The notes: generated by a model not told the origin, from the sequence alone. Positions 37,126-51,400 are shown, counted from the whole stretch's first letter. The stretch is 63,707 bases of DNA, filler included, from Nemertoderma westbladi (GCA_032718475.1; 3 parts of 3 records of this genome joined end to end with filler, not necessarily neighbours in it); one strand, 5' to 3'. Program-made: numbers and translations.

Positions 37126-38229
37126 CGTGTGTATATTACTTGCATAAACTCTGAATAATAAGGTTTACGCTACCCTTACAGATTATTTAAATGAAACACA
37201 AGCCAAAATGCTGATAGACTACTGCTAAATCTAAAATAAAAGACAGAAGATGACGTTTCTGAAATTGTTAGTTAGTATGCATTCCAGACTTCGTGGTACA
37301 ACTTATTCTTTAGTGGAGGATTTACCTTATAACATGGAAGCCTCCACTTCCTAACTGCACTTTATCGGACAAATAACCCACAACACTGTAATTCAGCTCA
37401 AACCCATCGATAATCAGACAACAATTTAGCCTACGAGTTACTTCTACAATCTGAGCAGGATTACACACTATGTTGTTGTTATAATCCTCCATTTATTTTC
37501 ACACAATGATCATAAAATATGCTTTACTTTACAAGCCTATGTCCTATGTACTGGTAACTAACTCACTTAGTAAATTAGTGGGCGGAGCGGAATGCTCTAT
37601 AAGCATACACCGTGTAGGTTACTACTGCTGTCTGTCTAAGAGTTAATATCAGGCAGTCTGATAGTTGATCCCGTGGGGAGAGCCATATATCCATGATGTG
37701 CTTTCTACATCATAGTCATTGTGCATAATACAACAACGACACCCCCCCTTCGAGCTCGGTGCAACCGTTATGGAGCACTGAGCTTAGTGCGTACTAAAAA
37801 CGATATGAAATCTCTCTATGAGGCTATGAGTTTATATTCATAGTTTGGTTTTGACCTGTCTCGTATACTTTTTGTTTGGATGGAGACACTACGCACCTAC
37901 TAAGTTTCCCATTTAAATGGAGCCTTGTTCATCAGAAAAGTGTGAAAAGATTTATGTATATAACTTGTGAGGGGTGGCGCTGTAGACCCAAGTTGGGATT
38001 TCGTACGTATTGTGGCCATGCCTGGTGTTGAGCCAAATCTGTCTGGAATTTTCTGATTTCTATCCGAATAACGATTCCGAATTTCAGTTGGGCCTGGTAC
38101 AGATTCAGGGCCCGGTGTCCGAGAACGATTTCCGTATCATGGACCCCCCCCCCCCCCCCCAGCCTCTGAAACCAAGGGGTCTCACTGGGAATGCGATGAT
38201 AGCTCGGGTGAACTATACAGAGGGGGCGG

Positions 38230-38845
38230 TGAAGCTGGGTTTGGATTTTTGGAGGAAGTGTCCAGAATAATTAGTCTCCTATTCAGGATGAGAATGCGTC
38301 TGGATGGTGTACGGATGGAAAATTTGCGGTTCTCACCTGCCTCCGTGACTATTCCGTGCCGATCCTATCACTGTGTCTTTTGGTTCTGAATAAGTATGGT
38401 GGTTCCAACAGTTATTTCGGGCAGGCTACGAGATTGTCGGTTGTATCATTGTTTATTTTGGACACTTGGCGATGTCTCGTCTAGAAGTGTCTGGGTTTGT
38501 TGGAATTGGGTAGAAAATGCTGAGTTATGAACTGGTACACGCGATCGCAATGGATGGCCAAACACCAATTCCAAATTCAGCAGCAACACCAATACAACAC
38601 CAATAAACCGGTTTCTCGGGGCCCGTTACGCAATTCTAAGAGGGCGTCGCGGAAAGCATCGCTTTGACGTAGCCACCCGACTTGTCAAGGAGACGTTTAA
38701 GGGCCTTGACTGCGGCCTCAGCATGCCCGTTGCCCTGAGGATATTCAGTGGAGGAAGTGAGGGGTTTAACACCCCAGTTACTCAGGAATTGAGTGAACGC
38801 CTGAGCAGTAATTTACATGCCAGCGTCCGATCATAACCGTGTTGT
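38230..38845 (-). pseudogene. pol: Gypsy integrase fragment
   Basis: SDAG..AFTQFLSNWGVKPLTSSTEYPQGNGHAEAAVKALKRLL, then ELVFGHPLRSRVP. Confidence 0.85.
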
Positions 38846-39528
38846 CTGCTCAATACTACACTTACAGGTAAACAAAGCTGACAGACAAATTTCTAAGGGG
38901 TGATCAATCCCAAATCTCCCTAACAGCCTACTGGTATATAAATATGTCACAATCGAATTAATACTGCTATGCGGTACCGGACCAGTACCACTAGGCCTAT
39001 AGCTACCATCCGACCAGTGCGGTAAAGTTTATATTGTCCCAGCGGAACAATAAAATTAAAAAGTCAATTACTGTTCGCGCTTTTAGACCTTTAACAGTTT
39101 AACCTGCTAATTTATCTCTCTTATGATGTCTGACAGCCCATTCAAAATGTATGACCACAGCAGAAGCCAGTCTAGCGTGGCGTATGACCCACTATGTGTG
39201 GGAGACTGAATTCTATGGCCAAGAATGTGGTAGGCTACTTTGTATTATTTGATTGATCTCTACTATAAAATCTCCAAAAACTATGATTACTTTCAGGGCA
39301 ATACCAACAGTTCCTTTAGATGCTGCGCTTTAAATATCAGACATAGTTGACTTATACTAATTACAATGGAGGGTCATGAAACTGCACAGTGTTTACATTC
39401 TTTAGGAATGTATAATTATTCACTAGCACTCACTAACTGAGTACTCACTGACAATGGTGCTGAAACACGTTAATTTGCTGATGGTTACCAATTTTACTAA
39501 TATATAACGAGAAATTTAGCTCGCTCAG

Positions 39529-39720
39529 TAGAGGGTAGCTCAGTTGGTTGAGCGCCGGGCCTGCAATCTATTGGTTGTAGGTTCAGCCCTGCCAGGTACC
39601 AGTTAAATAACTGGAAGCAATTCTTGGGATGGGAGTAGCGCCCACCCCTACCCTCGGGTAGCAGCTATCGAAATGGGAGCCTCCGGGTCGCCTCCCTCCG
39701 GCTTCGGCCAACTGTTTGCT
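39529..39720 (+). mobile_element. tRNA-derived SINE
   Basis: A box TAGCTCAGTTGG, anticodon-like CTGCAAT and a degenerate B box GGTTCAGCCC. The body GGAGTAGCGCC..CCCTAC..GCTATCGAAATGGGAGCCTCCGGGTC resembles a SINE tail I recall from other invertebrates (recollection, not searched). Confidence 0.7.
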
Positions 39721-41817
39721 TTGCTACTTTGGGGTTATGAAATAGCATAAATTCATACATACCACTGTAATTTGAGCCAAGCAATTGTTACTAATGTTCC
39801 CTTCTGCTTAGCTCAATAATAAAGAAAGTTAGGGGGAATTATCGATTATTCGTAAGTATTCTCCAAATATAAACATCCATTAAATATGTTACCAAAAATA
39901 ACAATGAATAACAGTATAAAATATGCAGTGCCGGCATTCAATCAGCAGTCAGATGTTTGCCACATTTATTATGGCAGAAGTCAAAATCAATGATTTATAG
40001 ATGGGTGCATATTTAGAGGTAATTGACTGTGCTTGATAATTCTCTGGCTACTGATGATTTTGGGCAGAAGTTAGAATGAATGATTTTGTTGCACTGTGGC
40101 ATATTCATATGTAAACAAGGCCTCAATTAACTGTAAAGTGAAAATCGTGCTGACTGGCCGGGAATTAACATAGAGGGTACGGGACAAAGAAAAAACACTG
40201 GCCAATGGCTGATGATTTCGTAACTACAGCTTTGTACCAAAATAAACGCTAGAGGGCGTAAGTTTTATAAGTTCTCCAATCCCTCGAGATAATGCTGGTT
40301 TTAGAGTAGTTCGCGTATTGCACAAAAACGACACATTTTTGCCTCAAAAGCTTTAACAACGCGCAGTATTGAAGGTAAGGATTGATTAGTGAATAGTCAC
40401 CCTGGGACTGAATACAGCTTTAGTCGAAAAAATTTGCCCAAGAATTTGGGTTACATTTTGTGACTTTTTGAACCTATTTCGGATCCCCCACCCCCCGTGG
40501 TTTTTTTTGTTATAACTCTGAGACAAACGCAGTTGGGAAGCAGATATTTTCCGACTTTTCCTAAAAATCTAATGTTTCCTAATAGTGAAAACTGTAAAAA
40601 ACAAAAAAAAATAAAAACTAATAGTCAAAAATATTGAAAGGTTTCCGAGTTAAAGGACCAATTTTTAGCACTACTTTTGGCACTAATTTTGATGTGTTTT
40701 TCGAAAATTAAATCTTGTATTTTTGGGTGCCAAATTTTGGTGCCAGCACCACATTTTGAAATATGTCAATTTTGTAAATTGATTGTTTGAACCTGTCTTT
40801 TGCGCAATAGGGGTTTTTTGGGTTTCTGGATTCGATAGAATATATACGAGTTACACCAAGCTTATCAAACCTGTATTTTTCGGTGCTGTGCGCAAAATTT
40901 GGTGGTAGCACGTAATTTTGAAAATCCATTCAATAGTTCAATGGATTGTGACAACCTATTTCTCGCATTTTAGAGATTTATGGCGGTTCTGAATTCTATG
41001 AAATAAATGATTATCTAACTAGAACGCTATCTCAAACGAGTATTATTCAGAAGTGTGTGCAGCATTTAGTGCTAGAACCAAATTTTGAAACCCATCTAAT
41101 ATATCAATTGATCAATAAGAAAATTGATCAATATATAGTATAATCTTGTTTCTTGCGTTGTACGGGTTTTTGAGGGTTCTGAATCCGATAGAATCAAGTT
41201 AAAACACGGGACATCTCCAACTTGTACTGTGGAGTTATTTTGCTTAAAGAACAAATGAGTAACTTATTTTACACAAAAATTTTAAAATTATCTAAATTTG
41301 TTTCATATATTTTCTGAAGTTTCGTAAATATTATTTTGATCTACGCTCATCGTAATATCTAATCTATTTTGTTGGTGAAATATCGAGTGGTCCGGTTGCT
41401 CAGCTTATTGGTATTAGGTCTTGTTTAAAGTAGGTCTAGTGTTCGAATCCGACTTCGGTACTTATATTTTTCAAATTTACATGTACCACCTATTTGATTT
41501 ATAGTTTGCTGACCAATGACGTGCCTACATTTGTAGAATTGATAGAATTCGATTACAACCTAGCTTTACTATAAAAGGTGCCGTTTGTCCATTAGATTAT
41601 CACTTAACGTAACTTGTTATCACATATTTAAAACTTCACTTGCTTGCCCAAAATTATTCTAGTCTTAACTCGTAAAACATTTTAAATTTGTTTTGTAAAT
41701 ACTTGCTTTAAATTTATAATTCTGCCCTGAATTAACCAATATACTTAAAACTCAAATAATGTAAATTTTCTGACACTCTTATTTGGGAGGTCCCAGCACG
41801 ATAATGATCAATTGACA

Positions 41818-42655
41818 GCCTAAAACATTTGGACAGCAGCTACGCAGGGGGGGGGGGGGGGACTTCCGCAAGATGCATTAGGGAACACCCACACATACGC
41901 CCACACATTCGGTTATGATCTGCAAGCCCTAAGTAGAGGCTGCCCGCGCCTAGGTAAGACTTCATTCGACACCCTGCCCAACGTAAGACCTTAGATCAGG
42001 GTAGACTGTTTTGACATCCTGGGACACCATAAAATTTAGCAACAATATATTTGATACAGACGGATAGATAACCCACAGTTGGCCTCCACACACTTGCAGG
42101 TGCGACCTGGAGCTAGTAGTGCGCGTAGGTACAAGGGAAGGGCCACTAGCACGCTGGATAATTTGGTGACTTTAACGCATTAGCTATCGGTACCGGTTAG
42201 CACTGTAGGCTAGGCTGTCAGCTGATCTGCCTGGGTATGACATATTGTCCAGGCAAAGGGCAGCTTTTCATACTACTGGCGTACCATCTAGGCTAAAGAC
42301 GGTTACTGCCGCATTAACACCACAGCAGCAAAATTCTAGAAACTAAATTAAATCCCAGATCAGCTAGCGCTACAGTAGTAGTAATAACATCGTATCTCTA
42401 TTTCACAATAGGAGTCTGCTATTAGGTGCCGATTACGGGCGTAGTCTTTAACACCGTATTTGCCCGATTGAGTTGTGAATATAGGAGGAGAGAGCCCCCT
42501 TTGACGTCATTGTAAGTATTTTTGCTTTTTAAATTAGAGAGTGACTAGCTTTATCTAGCAGCTAGCACCCGGTTATTATTAAGATAACGGTCACCAACAC
42601 CTAGTAAAATAGTGTGTACAAAATTTTGTTTGCCATAACATACACACACGCACAT
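41818..42655 (+). repeat. LTR-like dispersed repeat, paralog of 56101-56965
   Basis: Shared blocks GGTAAGACTT, GTAAGACCTTAGATCAGGGTA, CCAGATCAGCTA, TAACACCGTA.TTGCCCG.TTGAGTTGTG and GGAGGAGAGAG. Confidence 0.7.
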
Positions 42656-42944
42656 ACCCAATCCCTACATACCAGCCAAATAAGTGAGAGAGCAAAAAAC
42701 CAAGATTTGTGGAGACGATTGAATTAAATTCAAAGTAATGTACAATACTAGGTAGGGAGGTGCAAGGAAAAGTCATTGAAGAAATTATAGAGGTCCATGG
42801 TGGTTGAAATATTGTTTAAATTAAATAGTTCATTAAATAATTAAACTTTACATCATCTGGTAACTATTCAAATAATTCCATATCTGTTTCTCCAATTTTT
42901 GTTTATAAGGATGTAATCCAGTTCTGCTTTGGTTCCATTAGGGT

Positions 42945-43515
42945 ATTGAAAGGTCCATAGCTTCCCCTTACTCTTTTCGAATGTGTTGTTTGTTGGCATC
43001 AATTCACATTCTTCCATTAGGTCTAAAAGTAAGTACCACTTTCTGTTAGAACTGGTGTTATATGTGTAACCCTTGATGTCTTCTGGGCCAATTTGCGCAT
43101 TCAGGTCTTTAACATTGTGTTTCGGAATGTTCTTTATTCTTCATAACACTTGACTGCTTGTTCTGGCTCTGAGGCATTGGTTGGACTGCAGCAACATAAT
43201 ACTGTTGTCTTGGGATTCCCATAAAATAATCCCATCAATAAATGCCACGGTTATGATCGCAACATTTAATGTTGCGATCATAACCCTGGAATTTATAGAT
43301 TCGATGTTGTTTAGGGTCTAAAGTGCAAATGGGCTTAGCAGAATTCCTACTCCACCAATTGATGCATTGGCCGAGTTTCTTACTGCTGAGCTTGTTACTA
43401 ACGCCATCCATATGCAATGTCATTGTTCTTCATGGCAGTGTTTTCATGACAAATCCGATGTTCTTTGGATGCAGATGATGTCGATGTTATATTCCATTGC
43501 CAGAGCGACTGGTCG
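42945..43515 (-). pseudogene. RTE endonuclease fragment, same family as 12043-14543
   Basis: Reverse-complement match to about 12245-12800 with several small deletions. Confidence 0.9.
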
Positions 43516-43519
43516 AGCT

Positions 43520-44733
43520 TGAACATTTATATTACGCCATGCCAACACTTACCTGTAGTACCTGATAGCTTCGGGTGGATGGATAATATTGTAAAACTAG
43601 AGGAAAATCACCCCATTCGCATCATACAAGAATTTGAAGGTCTTTGATATTATTGTGATAACTGTCCTAATCCGAATCAATAAATATTGCTGAAAGCTCA
43701 ACCTTGGAGAAAGAAGGTGCGCTAGACATAGCTTTACGCATTCTACTTATGGCGGATTTGAGCCTAGAATGTTTCCTTTAAATACCAAACAAAATCTAAA
43801 CCTTTAATAAAACCTTTCCCTGGTTCACAGTCCGACCTCCACATAAACCGATAAAACCACAAATCTCGATTGAAACAGTGTGACTGGTCCACCAGGACTG
43901 TATTCTATGTTCAAAGATTTGGTGCTACCTGAGTAACTCTGATCAGTAGCCCATTGGTGATGGATGTTATGGAAGTCCAGTCCAGTATGGGACGGGACGG
44001 ATGATTTCTTCCTTGGACAAGAGCACTAGACCAGGTTGCAACAACCTACAAAAATCGAGGATAGTGTAGTAAAGATGCGCTGGAGCGAATCGAGCGAAAA
44101 TCGGTATGGATACATACAATACTATGGAAAAATGCAAGCTCGAACAAGAATTGCAAGTTTTGCCCCAATTCGACAAAGAAATCGAACACTTGAAGGAAGA
44201 GATTGAACGAGGACACGTATTTTCTGTGCGGGATTATCTAGATGACCAACGTCGAGCGAAACACCAACAGGAAGTTGAACAAACTAAAATTTCTGAAAGA
44301 AAAAAATGCCTCAGTATAGAAATACCGAAAGTATGGTAATAATTATTAGTATTATTTATCTTATCAGTCGGAATTATTATAATTATTGTGGACATTGTAG
44401 TTAAATCCAGGAGGCTAAAAGGGTAAAGGCACACTTTCGATACACAGTATCTCTACTGGTGGGTATGGGTTGGGTACCTCGTTTCTTCTTCTTCTTCCGG
44501 TACGGGTCTACTGACTGATCTGCATCCATCGTCGGAGGATAGTAGCCCTCCTACAAAGATGTGATGTAAAGAGTAGGAAAAACAATATCATAGTTACGTG
44601 AAAGAAAACCAAAGAAGAAGTGATTTAAGTAGTGGACTAATTAGAAAGTAGATATTTTTAGTGTAAATATTAAACTCAAGTCCTACTCAACTCCTTTCAA
44701 ACTCAACTCAAATTCAACTCCTTTCGGGTGCGG
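43520..44733 (+). mobile_element. 3' internal region of a second BEL-like element with the same extra ORF, and PPT
   Basis: Peptide motifs shared with 26790-27560. GGGTGCGG (44726-44733) abuts TGTAAAAG. Confidence 0.6.
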
Positions 44734-45300
44734 TGTAAAAGGTTTTGCATCCTTCAAAGCTCATTTGAATAGCCGCGCTAGCTGTCCACTACTTGCTCCT
44801 TGGGTTAGCCTTGGTTGAATAGTAGTGCCAACTGGACAGTGGGTTTCAGTTTTCACTCAGCTGTTCTTACTGTTCCTTGTTCTGAAAAATGGCAGCCTCT
44901 GATTGGTTGTTGGCTGAAACCAATGCAGTAATTTGCATTGCATTTCCACAGAACATACCGTTATTGGTTATTTCTGTGACGCCATAGATTTCAGCTAACA
45001 AAAGTTATTACTTAATTTAACTAAGTAAAGTTATTATCTAACTGACTGACTGACTCATTGATTACTGCTGACTGCATGTCAGTATTGTGCTGACTGTTGA
45101 TTAACTGGTGGTTATTCAAGAACAAAATTACCCAAAGTCAGCAGTTTGTGTAAAAAAAGTGTGTTGCAGCAATAGTTTACTGTATATGTATAACCAATGT
45201 TCCTAAAGGACATGATCGCTGTGATCTCTCTTAGCCTGATGTTGTAATTGAAATAAATGAATAATTGTAATTTATTATCTTGAACATGACACCCTTAACG
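44734..45300 (+). repeat. LTR (right end approximate)
   Basis: TGTAAAAGGTTTTGC start after the PPT, similar to the LTR starts at 27807 and 45892. Confidence 0.55.
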
Positions 45301-45424
45301 GAACTGGTAGTACATTCCTGTAAGCCCGTATTATTGTCGGAATAAGCCCGCAATAGTACTGTAATAGTAAGCCCGTAATATTAATAGTAAGCCCGTAATA
45401 TTGAGAGAATCAATTCATTGATAT

Positions 45425-45891
45425 AGAGAAAAAAATTACGGCAAAGAATATACCAATTTTATTGAATTTGGACCAACGGAACTGAAGTTAGAGCGATTTT
45501 AGTGAAAAAATAAAAATATTTTTTTTTTCAAAATAATAAGAATGGTCAATATTGGATTTTGTACCCGCGAACTTGGTATCGTTAACGTGATTGATAACCA
45601 CTAGACTATGTGACCAAGAGAATTTGAAATTTTCGAGTGACTATATTTAAACATCAATTACTTCGGTTCTACTGGGCCGTTTGATCTGAAACTTTTTTCA
45701 TTTGATAGAAGATAGATTGTAGTGTGTGAAATAGGATACAACTTGGGAAAAGACGCATGTGCACTTAGAAAATGCACTTAAAAAGTGCACATTTTTTCTA
45801 TTTTTTAAACACTATTATTTCCAGTTCTAATCATCGTAGAATGTTTTCTGTGGATTAAAATGTAGATTGGAGGGATTTCTAACTATAATCT
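45425..45891 (+). repeat. Dispersed repeat, paralog of 62785-63243
   Basis: High-identity match that breaks exactly at the TG of the LTR at 45892. Confidence 0.9.
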
Positions 45892-46540
45892 TGTAAAGGC
45901 TTTTGCGGAATTAGCTGGTTATTTTCCCCGCAAAGTACTCTGTAGTTGTTTTAACGGACATAAAGAGCCGTTTCCTTACTGTACCGGTGTTTTAGTGGAC
46001 ATAAAAAGCCATTTCTTCTGTATGTGTACTTTGGCGGACATAACTAGCGATTTTATGTCGCAATAAGCCAAAATCCTCTTGATACAGTGTAGTTACCATA
46101 ACGACATCTAACAGCTGATGTGTTCACGTGTAACTTTTCCTTTGTTCTTTGTTCGGTCAACCAATCAGAGCGATTCTCATGTTATTTGTACAGAAACCTC
46201 CGGGAAATCGCGCAATGCATTACGGTTTATGTTTACCTTTTTTCCTGATGCCAGAAGACCGGCTTTGGAATTGCTGTGTTTCAGGCTTTAGCCAAACATT
46301 AGTAGGCTTTGGTCATAGAAACGTATAACTGTTATCAAACCACTAATCACAAGTCAGTCTGTCAAATCATATTATCAACTACAAACACCGCATTTTTACT
46401 GCTATTTACTGTCGGTTATTAATTATATCAGTGGATGGAATATTATTATATTTGGAATATCGATAAATAATTATAAAACCCCCAATCTTCTTGATATACT
46501 GAAGGTAAGAGACCGGTTACATATAACAATTGCGACTTAC
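45892..46540 (+). repeat. Partial BEL-like LTR interrupted by a Gypsy insertion
   Basis: Collinear with 27807-28500. Confidence 0.8.
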
Positions 46541-46849
46541 TGTAATATGATAAGGGGACCACCCTATTTTATTTATTATTGACCCATATATAGTACTGTA
46601 TGATTTTTGTGGAATGGGATAGAAGGGTGATGTTTAGAAAGAGTCAGGGAGTGTAGATATGCCGATACCGGTACGGTTTTATATTTAGATATATATACTA
46701 GGTTCGTCTGTCTGTCTGCTGGGGTTATGTATTTTGTTGCTGTTGCAATGCCTATCTAACTAAGTAGGCCTAACTGCCGAATAAATATTTTGACTGATGT
46801 TGAAATAACTCATTTCTTTATCTTTGGAATGCCGTGCAGCCCTGTAACA
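46541..46849 (+). repeat. Gypsy 5' LTR
   Basis: TGTAA...TAACA termini and AATAAA at about 46780, followed by a primer-binding site. Confidence 0.8.
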
Positions 46850-46852
46850 TTT

Positions 46853-46870
46853 TGGTGACCCGGACGAGAT
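46853..46870 (+). promoter_or_regulatory. Primer-binding site complementary to tRNA-Trp
   Basis: TGGTGACCCGGACGAGAT matches the canonical Trp PBS TGGTGACCCCGACGTGAT at 16 of 18 positions. Confidence 0.85.
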
Positions 46871-47399
46871 CAGTCAAAATTCAGAAATTGTTGTGCTTTG
46901 TACCGGCGGACCGGAGCTGCTACTGACTGGCTACTGTATTTGATTTTGGCATGGTGACGGTAACCAGTACTGCAGTACTTGTACTTCTTGTGCTTATTAA
47001 GCCTGGCTGCCTGGCCTTGGACGATCAGTTATGTATACAGATTGGGATATGGTAGTATGGATGGATATAATGGAAAATACTGAAATAGGCCTGTCAGGCA
47101 TATATTACTGCATTGCCGATACCGGTATCTGATTTGCAAGTTGTAAAGTTTTCACTCATTGGGTCATTTGTGGATGTGAATTCGACTAATAAATAATGAG
47201 GTTAGATATTTTTAAACTTGCTGATGCTGATTTTCAGATGTTGGAAGTGCTGAAGTGTACCGGTACCAGACAGAAAGTGTAAACTACCTAGTTCTATTTC
47301 CCTATTACGATTCAGTCTGCCATTAGAGATAATACAGGCCTACAGCCTAACAAATTTGCTGTTTGCTATACGGATTAGTTCATTACATTGCTAGTTAAA

Positions 47400-48333
47400 A
47401 TGCAGCGTGAAGAGGTTGATGCAATTGTTCAGGCGGCTTTAAATGCACAAAGACAGCAGTATGAAAATACAATCAGTGACTTGAAAGATCAGTTTTCAGC
47501 TATAACTACAGCTCAAAGGGAAACTAATGAATCAGCAATTGGTGATTTAAGTTCGAAGTTTACAGGTAAGTTCAACACATTACAAGCTGAGGTTTTGGAT
47601 TCACGGGATTTTATTAAAAATAACAGACGTGAACTTAAAGTAAGTGGTAGTATAAAGGATCGAAATTCTAAAGATACATTAGTTTATTGCAGTCTTTTGA
47701 AGCAGATTCAAGCAGCTGTAGATAAAGGTTACTCTGACAGTGAGATTGTAATGGGTGTGATAAAGGCAATTGACCCGAATTTGCCATTAAGAAGTTTCTT
47801 AGAAAGTCGTGATTCATTGACCCTGGGTGAGCTACGTAAATTTATTAGAACACATTACTGTGAGAGAGGTCCTACTGAAGTGTATCATGAGTTGTGTAAT
47901 TCAATCCAAGAAGCTAATGAAGATGTTCAGTCATTTGTTCTACGAGTATTCAATTTACAGCAAAAGATACTATTTGCCTCTCAAGAAGATGGTGCTCAAT
48001 TCAAATATGACATTGAGTTGGTGAGACGTGTAACTATGCGCACTATTAACATGGGTCTAACAAATGAGGTAGTTAGAAGTGATCTAAAGCCACTACTGGA
48101 ATTAATAAATGTTGTTTCTGAGGTTGAGTTGCTGGAAGCACTTAATGAGTCGACATGCCGTGAGTCTGAGCGACAGCAAAAATTGAAAAGTGCAAAACTG
48201 TCCAAACAAGTTTCTGGTTCAGCAAAGGTTGTTTTGAATGAAATTAGTACTGGTGATGGAAAGCCTGTACAAGCTGAAGGATTACATTCAGTTGGTCTTC
48301 TTAAGACTGTGAAAAAAGATGGTGGAAATCTGA
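47400..48333 (+). CDS. gag: Gypsy Gag (capsid region), cut by the contig end
   Basis: Intact ORF downstream of LTR and PBS, with ELKVSGSI, GYSDSEIV..VIKAI, LRSFLE and the major-homology-like Q..NEDVQSFVLR. Confidence 0.88.
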
Positions 48334-48433
48334 NNNNNNNNNNNNNNNNNNNNNNNNNNNNNNNNNNNNNNNNNNNNTTAATTAATTAANNNNNNNNNNN
48401 NNNNNNNNNNNNNNNNNNNNNNNNNNNNNNNNN
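48334..48433. other. Artificial contig linker
   Basis: N44-TTAATTAATTAA-N44. Confidence 0.98.
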
Positions 48434-51400
48434 CTGACCGGTAAACCAGTAATGTGAGATAATATATGATTAATACATTGAATATTGGTTCACCTCCTAC
48501 TCTACTTTAGCCCTCTACCCAATGGATGCTTTCCTGTTCCCTATCACGTGCTTCCCTCCCCACTATTGGCTAATATACTACCTGTCACTTTGGCACTCCC
48601 TGAGAGTGTTTCCCCCCCGCTGCTAGCCTCTACTAGCTGTCTTCCCTCTGAGGTGGTTTGACCTCTCACCTTTCTCTGTGGCTTTGGGGCTTGTGTCGCC
48701 CCCCCCTCCCCAATGTTGGTTGTGATACGAGATTAATATTGGTAATCTCGTATCCCCAACATATTGCTAAAATGCCACTAGTCCCATTTTCTGGTGGGTA
48801 ATGAAGTGGAATTGAATCCACTTACACTCCCCCCCATGCTATCTTCCCGGTGAGGAGATAGCATCAACCTCAAGTGTGCTTCAATTCCGCTGGAATCCAA
48901 TCTAATATCGGGTGTGGGGTGGAGTTCTTTTCTTGGGGTCGGCTTTCCAGGCCGCCCCCCCCCCTGGGTATGTTGTTGCTACCCCTCTTTGGTGCAATCG
49001 CGAGCTATGTTGCACCAAGGTATCTGACGTCTCCATTTGAGACAATTGTGCTTTCTCTTCACACAATTTTCAAAAAACCTCACTCTTAATCTTACTCTCG
49101 TACCTCTCTGTCCCTTACTCTCTCTCTCTCGCGGACCTCGCTGTCCCTTGGGATTCTTCCTCTCTCCCTGCTCGCTCCCCACGCTTGAATTGCACTCCTC
49201 TCACTTCCTCACGCGCCAACACCTCCTCTCCATACTTCCCTCGTACTCCTCTCATACTCCTCTCGGAACTTACCCCAGTCCATCGGCTTGTGGCAGACAA
49301 GCCTCATGAGCTGGCCCATCGCCACTGCTCCACAATGTCCTGTGCCCGCTCCCTGCTCCCCCCGGAACTTGCCCGAGTCCATCGGCTTGTGGCAGACAAG
49401 GCCCATGAGCTGGCCCATCCCCACTGCTCCACAATGTCCTGTGTTCTCTACCACTCCCAAAGTGCCAATTTTCCTTAGTCTTATTTTATTTTCTTATGTC
49501 CCCCCCTGTCTGTGCTATTATCCTATGCTATCCTCTAACTATCCTCTGCTACTACCTCTATGGTATACCTACATTCCATACCCTCTACTCTCTTACTACG
49601 TGGCGCTTTCGGTGCCCACAACCCCTCTGCTACTACTTCTATGGTATACCTACATACCATGCCCTTTACTCTCTTACTACGTGGCACTTTCGGTGCCCAC
49701 AACCCCTAACTCTCTCGGTACTATGTACCATGCTACTCCTGTACTATGTACCCTGCTACTACTCTCGTGGTATGTCTATATACCACACTCCCTAACTTCT
49801 AACTTCTTACTAACTCTTACTAACTTCTAACTAGTGCTACCTATTATCTAACTATCTACTACTATTACTTACTAACTTTCTACTATCACACTTCTTACTC
49901 TATCATTTTTTATTATTTATATTTTATTTATGTGTGAGAAGGGCGTCTCGCCCTCATTCCCACCCCCCTCAGTCCAACATATTGGACGACTAAACTTCAA
50001 GGGCGATTCTTCCAGCAGGCACTCTCCCAATGCCCCCCTGTAGGTCCTCTTATCCTTCGCTACACTCTCCTTGCCAATTCCAACTCTCTAGGAATTGATT
50101 CTCCCTCCTCCACCACCCTAAAATCGGGTCTTTCAGTCACCTTCTTCTGATTTCCTCATGGTCCTCTGGCAGCAAAATGCCACCCTTCATCTTGTCGTAA
50201 CCTGGCGGTAGAATGAAAAGAAATTGAAAGAATAGATAAAACAGAATGGATAATAGTAATCCTATCCCTTTCCACCCTGTCTTCTTATTTGACCTTCCCC
50301 TTTTCAGTATGCCTCTCAACCGGACCGGCGTCTCCTCCGGACACTTCTCCGGACATCTCGCCGTCCACTCTTCTCCTTCCTCATACCGATACTTGCCGGG
50401 GACATCCTTGTTCCATCCCATCGTCTCTAAGTCTTCCGCGTCGAATCCATTCTCCTCTGCCCACTCTCTTGCTGTTGCTTCCCCTCCTAATTCATCTACC
50501 GACAGTATTTCTCTGGAACTATCCTCTATCCTTTTACCACGCTCCACTATGTGTGGTTCCAGATCCATACCCAAATCCTGATATTCTTCCCCGGGCCGCT
50601 TCTCACATGGGACCTCCCCATCGCCCGTCTCTGGTTTCTCCTCTACGTTCTCAACAGTGCCTGATAGCATGCACCCTGATGTCTCCGACACCCTGAATGG
50701 AATCTTGGTTTTAATTGGGCCGCTAAGCGTCCATCCGAACGGCGTGAGAATCGCCGTCGGATCCCGCTGCTTATTCTCTCCGAATATGGTCCTTACTCTC
50801 TCGTGGGCCGTCGGACAATCCATTCCGACTATGATGGATACCTACGAGACGTCCACTTCTGGTATTGAGAAATCGATATCGTCCAGGAACCGGTATTGCT
50901 CGACCTCGATCCTGGTGGGTCGCCTGGCGTTTATGTTAATCGATTCTATTATCTGTATGGGGTCGATGGTCGCCCCATAATCACATCCTGGTGCTATTGC
51001 TGATATCTCGCACCATCGCATTCTCATCTCCAGGACCTCATCCTTGCTCGAGATAGTAGTTACTGCCATCCTACTCGGCCTCATCTGTAACCCTATCTCA
51101 TCGGCCACCCAATTCTCCACCAGCGTGAAGGCTGCTCCGCTGTTGACCAGCATCAATGTTGTGACTGATCAGCCGCCCTTTCCTGTTATCCTCACTGGTA
51201 CTACCCCGAGTAGTACTTTCCTCGTCTCCTTGCTCCCTTCGTGCTCATAGCCATTGTTTGGCCTCCAGTCTCATCGTATCCTATCGGTGTTTCTCTACAC
51301 TCCCTGAATCCGTGTCCTTCTACCACGCATCGATGACACAGTCCGTTTGTATCCGCGTAGGCTACCCGATCTTGTTTAGGCAACGCTTGCCAATGCTTAC

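Noticed and set aside
39529-39600. Functional tRNA-Cys gene
   Set aside because: The B box is degenerate, the acceptor and anticodon stems pair poorly, and a SINE-like body follows.
41388-41462. tRNA-like sequence with GTTCGAATCC
   Set aside because: Only the B box is convincing and no cloverleaf forms; at most a decayed SINE head.
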